DNA of 64,000 nucleotides from Candidatus Multivoradales bacterium (GTDB lineage Bacteria; Acidobacteriota; Thermoanaerobaculia; Multivoradales; JAHEKO01): NCBI GenBank assembly GCA_965223855.1, contig CBDCXM010000009.1, positions 64,001 to 128,000 of the forward strand, read 5' to 3'. Shown piece by piece: positions 60,056 to 64,000 of this stretch (position 1 is its first letter; each line of letters starts with the position of its first letter). The notes under the pieces were generated by a model. It saw only the letters and a program-made list of their open reading frames with translations, ran no database searches and was not told where the DNA came from. The position numbers and the translations under genes were made by a program.

Positions 60056-61045
60056 TTGATTCACACCGTTCTCTACGACCCGCAGTCCGGACAGGCGCGC
60101 CACGGCGGACCGGAGCTGATCGACGAGTGGGAGTCGTCCGCCGGGACCACGATCTGGGCGATTCTCGAGGACGAAGCTGCCGAAGCGGAGACGCAACTCC
60201 TGTCGACTCGCTTCGGCGTTCACCCCCTGGCGATCACCGATGCCCTGCGCGAGCGTCACCCTCCCAAGATCGAGCCGTTCGACACGAACACCTTCATCCT
60301 GCTGAAGGGCCTCGACGCGAGTTCGACCTCGATCGACTTCGCGACGATTCAGCTTTCGCTCTTCATAGGCGAACGTCACCTGGTCACCCGCAGTTCAGGA
60401 CGCTCTTTGAGCAGCGAGAAGGTCCGCTCACAGCTCGCGTCCGGAGAGCTGCCTGCGGAGTTCACTCCGGCGGGGCTGGCGTTGCGGCTGTGCCGTACGG
60501 TGGCGGACCGCTTCCTGCCGATGCTCCTCGACGTCGAGAAGCGGCTCGAGGAGATGGAGTCCGAGATGCTCGAGCGGCCGAGCGACGAACTGCTCGCCGA
60601 ACTCGTGCGCCAGAAGGGCGACCTCAAGAAGGTGCTGCGGATCCTGCAGTACCACGCCCAGGTCTTCTCCTCCGCCCGTTCGGCCACACCGGCTCACCTC
60701 AGCGGCCACGACCACGAGCTGACCGACGTACAGGAGCAGCTCGACCGCCTGTTGAGCCTCGCCCGCCTCTTCTACGAGCTCAACGACGACCTGATGAACG
60801 GCTACCTCTCGCTCTCCGCCCACCGGCTGAACCAGATCATGCAGACGCTCACGATCGTCACCGTGATCTTCGTCCCGATCACCTTCATGGCCGGGATCTA
60901 CGGCATGAACTTCGAGTTCATGCCCGAGCTCGCCTTCCGGCCCGGATACTTCGTCCTGCTCGGGGCGATGCTGGTCGTCGTCGTGACGATCCTGCTCGTC
61001 TTCCGTGCCAGAGGCTGGCTCGGAGGGCGTCGGAATCGACGCTGA
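60056..61045 (+). CDS. corA: Magnesium transporter CorA family
   Basis: HPLAITDA...[13 protein letters not shown] signature; two C-terminal TMs; TTG start inferred. Confidence 0.9.
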   Translation: MIHTVLYDPQSGQARHGGPELIDEWESSAGTTIWAILEDEAAEAETQLLSTRFGVHPLAITDALRERHPPKIEPFDTNTFILLKGLDASSTSIDFATIQLSLFIGERHLVTRSSGRSLSSEKVRSQLASGELPAEFTPAGLALRLCRTVADRFLPMLLDVEKRLEEMESEMLERPSDELLAELVRQKGDLKKVLRILQYHAQVFSSARSATPAHLSGHDHELTDVQEQLDRLLSLARLFYELNDDLMNGYLSLSAHRLNQIMQTLTIVTVIFVPITFMAGIYGMNFEFMPELAFRPGYFVLLGAMLVVVVTILLVFRARGWLGGRRNRR

Positions 61046-61062
61046 CGGACCAGCACCAGGCT

Positions 61063-61764
61063 ATGCGCAGGAAACCGGTAGCTCTCGGCATCTGCATCCT
61101 CGCGCTGTGGATGGCAGCCGCAGGTCCCGATCCGGTCCGGGTCTGGAACGATGAGATCGACCGCATCGACGCCCTGCTCCAGGAGGGGCGTTGGAAGAAG
61201 GCCGGCAAGGCGGCCAGGTCGCTGCGGGAGGAGATGTTCGAAGGGATCATCGCCGGGGGCAGGGAGCTGCTCGGACGCCTCGCCGCGCTGGAGGCGGTCG
61301 CGCTCGCCGGCCAGGGTGAAGTGGAGCGCGCCCGCTGGACCTGGGCGATCGCGCGGCACTTCTACCCGACCCTCGACGCCGTAGTGCTCGACAAGTACGG
61401 CGAGGCAGGCACCGCCCTGAAGGTGGCGCCTGCTCAACCGACCTGGGACGCGGATCGCTCTGCAGGCGAGGGTGCTGCAACCGAGGTCGAACGACCGGAA
61501 GTCGTGCACCAGCACAAGCCGAGGTTCCCACGTGCCCGCGTCGGGCTTGCCCGCTCCGTGGCGATCGTCGTCGAGTGCGTCGTCGGAACCGACGGCGTAC
61601 CGCGACATCCGACCGTCGTACGCGCCGAGGGTGAGGAGACGATGGTCTACAGCGCTCTCATGGCTCTCGGCCAATGGCGATTCGAGCCGGCTCGACTCCA
61701 CGGCGAACCCGTGAGCGTTTTCTACAACCTGACCGTCAACTTCAAGACCTGGCGGGACGAGTAG
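61063..61764 (+). CDS. Secreted protein with TonB C-terminal domain
   Basis: Signal peptide MRRKPVALGICILALW; PRFP...VVGTDG...WRFEPARLHGEPV...TVNF. Confidence 0.75.
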   Translation: MRRKPVALGICILALWMAAAGPDPVRVWNDEIDRIDALLQEGRWKKAGKAARSLREEMFEGIIAGGRELLGRLAALEAVALAGQGEVERARWTWAIARHFYPTLDAVVLDKYGEAGTALKVAPAQPTWDADRSAGEGAATEVERPEVVHQHKPRFPRARVGLARSVAIVVECVVGTDGVPRHPTVVRAEGEETMVYSALMALGQWRFEPARLHGEPVSVFYNLTVNFKTWRDE

Positions 61765-61833
61765 ACGCCGAACCGCATCGCCGAGCATCGACGACGGCCC
61801 TGCATCCCGGGGCCGGCCCTCAGAAGAGCGGAC

Positions 61834-63291
61834 TCAGAGAACCGGCAGCAGGCTCGCTTTCGCCAACTCCACCAGCGGACCCGGAAGGATGCCGAGCAGC
61901 AGCGTCACTAGGGCGCACAGGCCGATGGCGGCGACGAGGCCGCGTGCCTCGAGCGGCGCGGGTGTCGTCTCGTCGGCCTCCTTGAGGTACATCTGCACCA
62001 CGAGGCCGAGGTAGTAGTAGAGCGACAGGGCGCTCGTCAGCACACCGATCACCGCCACCCAGGTCCAGCCGGCTTCGACCGCCGCGGCGAAGAGGTACAC
62101 CTTGCCGAAGAAGCCGCCGGTCGGCGGGATACCGGTGAGCGACAGCAGGAAGAGGAGCATCATCGCCGCCAGGAGCGGAGCCCGGGTCGCCAGCCCGGCG
62201 TAGTCGGAGTAGGTCTCGCCGGCGTACTCCTTGCGCTCGAGCAGCACCACGAGGCCGAACGTGCCGGCCGTCATCACGGTGTAGGCGAGCATGTAGAAGA
62301 GCACCGCCCACTGGCCGCTCTCGGAGTAGGCAAGCACCCCCATCAGCACGTAGCCGGCATGGCCGATCGAGCTGTAGGCGAGCATCCGCTTGACGTTGTC
62401 CTGAGTCAGCGCCGCGAGGTTGCCCCAGATCATCGTCAGCGAGGCGACGGCGGCGATCACCAACTGCCAGTCGAGGTGGATGCCGGGCAGGGCGATGTAG
62501 AGGATGCGGATGAGAATCGCGAACGACGCCGCCTTCGACGCCATCGCGAGGAACGCCGTGATCGGTGTCGGCGCCCCGACGTAGACGTCCGGGGTCCAGA
62601 TGTGGAACGGCACGGCCGAGACCTTGAAGAAGAGGCCGATCGCCATCAGCAGCCAGCCGACCGCGAGCAGCAGCGGGTTCTGTGCCACCGCGCCCGGCAG
62701 CGCCACGGCGATCTCCGTCAGACCGAGCTCGCCGGTCGCACCGTAGACGAGCGACATGCCGTAGAGCAGGATGCCGCTCGAGAGCGCCCCGAGGACGAAG
62801 TACTTGATCGCCGCCTCGTTCGACCGCGTCTCGAGCTTGAAGTAGCCGGCGAGGATGTAGCTCGTGAGCGCCATCAGCTCGAGTGAGATCCAGATCGACA
62901 GCAGGTTCGACCCGCTCGCCATCAGCAGCATGCCGGTGGCGGCGATCAGCAGCAGCGAGTAGTACTCCCCGGCCCGGTAGCCGCTGTCTTCGACGTAGCG
63001 GGTCGATACGACGGCGGTGAGCCCGGTCGCCAGCAGAAGAACCAGCTTCCAGAACACCGCGTAGCGGTCGATGACGAACATCCCGGCGAGGATCGGCGAG
63101 GCGTTGTCGTCGGCCCCGAGCCACAGCACGAGCACCGTCGTCACGGCGAGCGACAGGAGCGCCACCGCCGAGGAGGTGCGCGCCGCGACTCCCTTGCCGA
63201 TCGAAGCGACCACCAGCAGGATCAGCCCCGCCACCAGGAGGAACCCCTCCGGCAGTAGGCGCGCGAGCTCGTGAAGCGGAATCGGATTCAT
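61834..63291 (-). CDS. nuoN: NADH-quinone oxidoreductase subunit N
   Basis: EAAIKYFVLGALSS, FKVSAVPFHIWTPDVYVGAP, KRMLAYSSIGHAGY. Confidence 0.95.
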   Translation of the reverse strand: MNPIPLHELARLLPEGFLLVAGLILLVVASIGKGVAARTSSAVALLSLAVTTVLVLWLGADDNASPILAGMFVIDRYAVFWKLVLLLATGLTAVVSTRYVEDSGYRAGEYYSLLLIAATGMLLMASGSNLLSIWISLELMALTSYILAGYFKLETRSNEAAIKYFVLGALSSGILLYGMSLVYGATGELGLTEIAVALPGAVAQNPLLLAVGWLLMAIGLFFKVSAVPFHIWTPDVYVGAPTPITAFLAMASKAASFAILIRILYIALPGIHLDWQLVIAAVASLTMIWGNLAALTQDNVKRMLAYSSIGHAGYVLMGVLAYSESGQWAVLFYMLAYTVMTAGTFGLVVLLERKEYAGETYSDYAGLATRAPLLAAMMLLFLLSLTGIPPTGGFFGKVYLFAAAVEAGWTWVAVIGVLTSALSLYYYLGLVVQMYLKEADETTPAPLEARGLVAAIGLCALVTLLLGILPGPLVELAKASLLPVL

Positions 63292-63295
63292 GCGG

Positions 63296-64000
63296 CTACT
63301 CGGCTGCCTCGGTCATGGCTGCCGGCTCGGCTCCCCCTTCGAGGGCGACCTGAGCGGCGTAGTCACCATCGACCTTGCGGACGATGTAGTCGACCGGCTT
63401 CTCGAGCACCTCGAAGAACGGCTTCGGGTAGAGACCGATCCAGAAGCAGAGGATGACCAGCGGGGTCAGGTAGAGGACCTCGCGCCGGTTGAGATCGTCG
63501 AGGTTCTCGTTCTCCGGGTTGGTCATCGGGCCGAAGAAGACCCGCTGGAACATCCACAGCATGTAGGCGGCCCCGAGGACGATGCCCAGGGCGCCGACGA
63601 GCGCCCACCACCAGGTGCGGTTGAAGGCGCCGACGAGGATCGTGAACTCGCCTACGAAGCCGTTGAGCGTCGGCAGGCCGATCGAAGACATGGTGATGAT
63701 GAGGAACATCGTCGCGAACACCGGCATCCGTGAGGACAGGCCGCCGTACTCGGAGATCATCCGCGTGTGGCGCCGCTCGTAGATGACGCCGACGAGAAGG
63801 AAGAGGGCGCCGGTCGACAGGCCGTGGTTGATCATCTGCAGGATGCCGCCGTTGAGCCCCGCGGTGTTGAGCGCGAAGATCCCGAGCATCACGAAGCCGA
63901 GATGGCTGACGGACGAGTACGCCACCAGCTTCTTCATGTCCTTCTGCGCCATCGCGCACAGCGCCCCGTAGACGATGCCGATGAGCGACAGCGCCACCAT
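63296..64000 (-). CDS. nuoM: NADH-quinone oxidoreductase subunit M (partial)
   Basis: QKDMKKLVAYSSVSHLG, QMINHG, GLPTLNGFVGEF. Confidence 0.95.
   Translation of the reverse strand: MVALSLIGIVYGALCAMAQKDMKKLVAYSSVSHLGFVMLGIFALNTAGLNGGILQMINHGLSTGALFLLVGVIYERRHTRMISEYGGLSSRMPVFATMFLIITMSSIGLPTLNGFVGEFTILVGAFNRTWWWALVGALGIVLGAAYMLWMFQRVFFGPMTNPENENLDDLNRREVLYLTPLVILCFWIGLYPKPFFEVLEKPVDYIVRKVDGDYAAQVALEGGAEPAAMTEAAE

Overview
High-GC bacterial chromosomal window. The gene repertoire (signal-peptide Rhs, TonB-CTD fusions, wHTH-TPR regulator, C-terminal 'F.DGFESGD..AW' tails) points to Acidobacteriota/Thermoanaerobaculia; this is inference, not a database result. A tryptophan -> kynurenine -> anthranilate -> 2-aminobenzoyl-CoA catabolic neighbourhood (kynA, kynU, abmA-like monooxygenase/reductase, SDR, RidA, enoyl-CoA hydratase, acyl-CoA dehydrogenase, OYE, thioesterase) is interrupted by a ~20 kb accessory island (~10.0-29.9 kb). 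The island carries: a ~2,700-aa secreted Rhs protein with ~11 Cys-rich InlB-B-like repeats inserted in its N-terminal region, an HNH toxin tip and a DUF4265-like candidate immunity gene; a stand-alone Bin/Toxin_10-like pore-forming domain; a large FG-GAP protein with two Ser/Thr-rich hairpin-like segments; a wHTH-TPR regulator with a divergent target; and a RAYT-like HUH (Y1) transposase. The transposase is bracketed by inward-pointing 19-bp repeats, a mosaic repeat array and mirrored strand skew. The right half is mostly housekeeping and envelope genes (GDP-sugar enzymes, lptD, thiolase, ruvX, mltG, pseudokinase-TonB, two CsgG-family genes, ogt, DnaJ-like, GHMP kinase, M23 peptidase, ECF sigma/anti-sigma, corA, nuoN/nuoM). 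About five single-base frameshifts look like long-read assembly errors. No rRNA, tRNA or CRISPR array was recognised. All family calls are by eye from motifs; no search was run.
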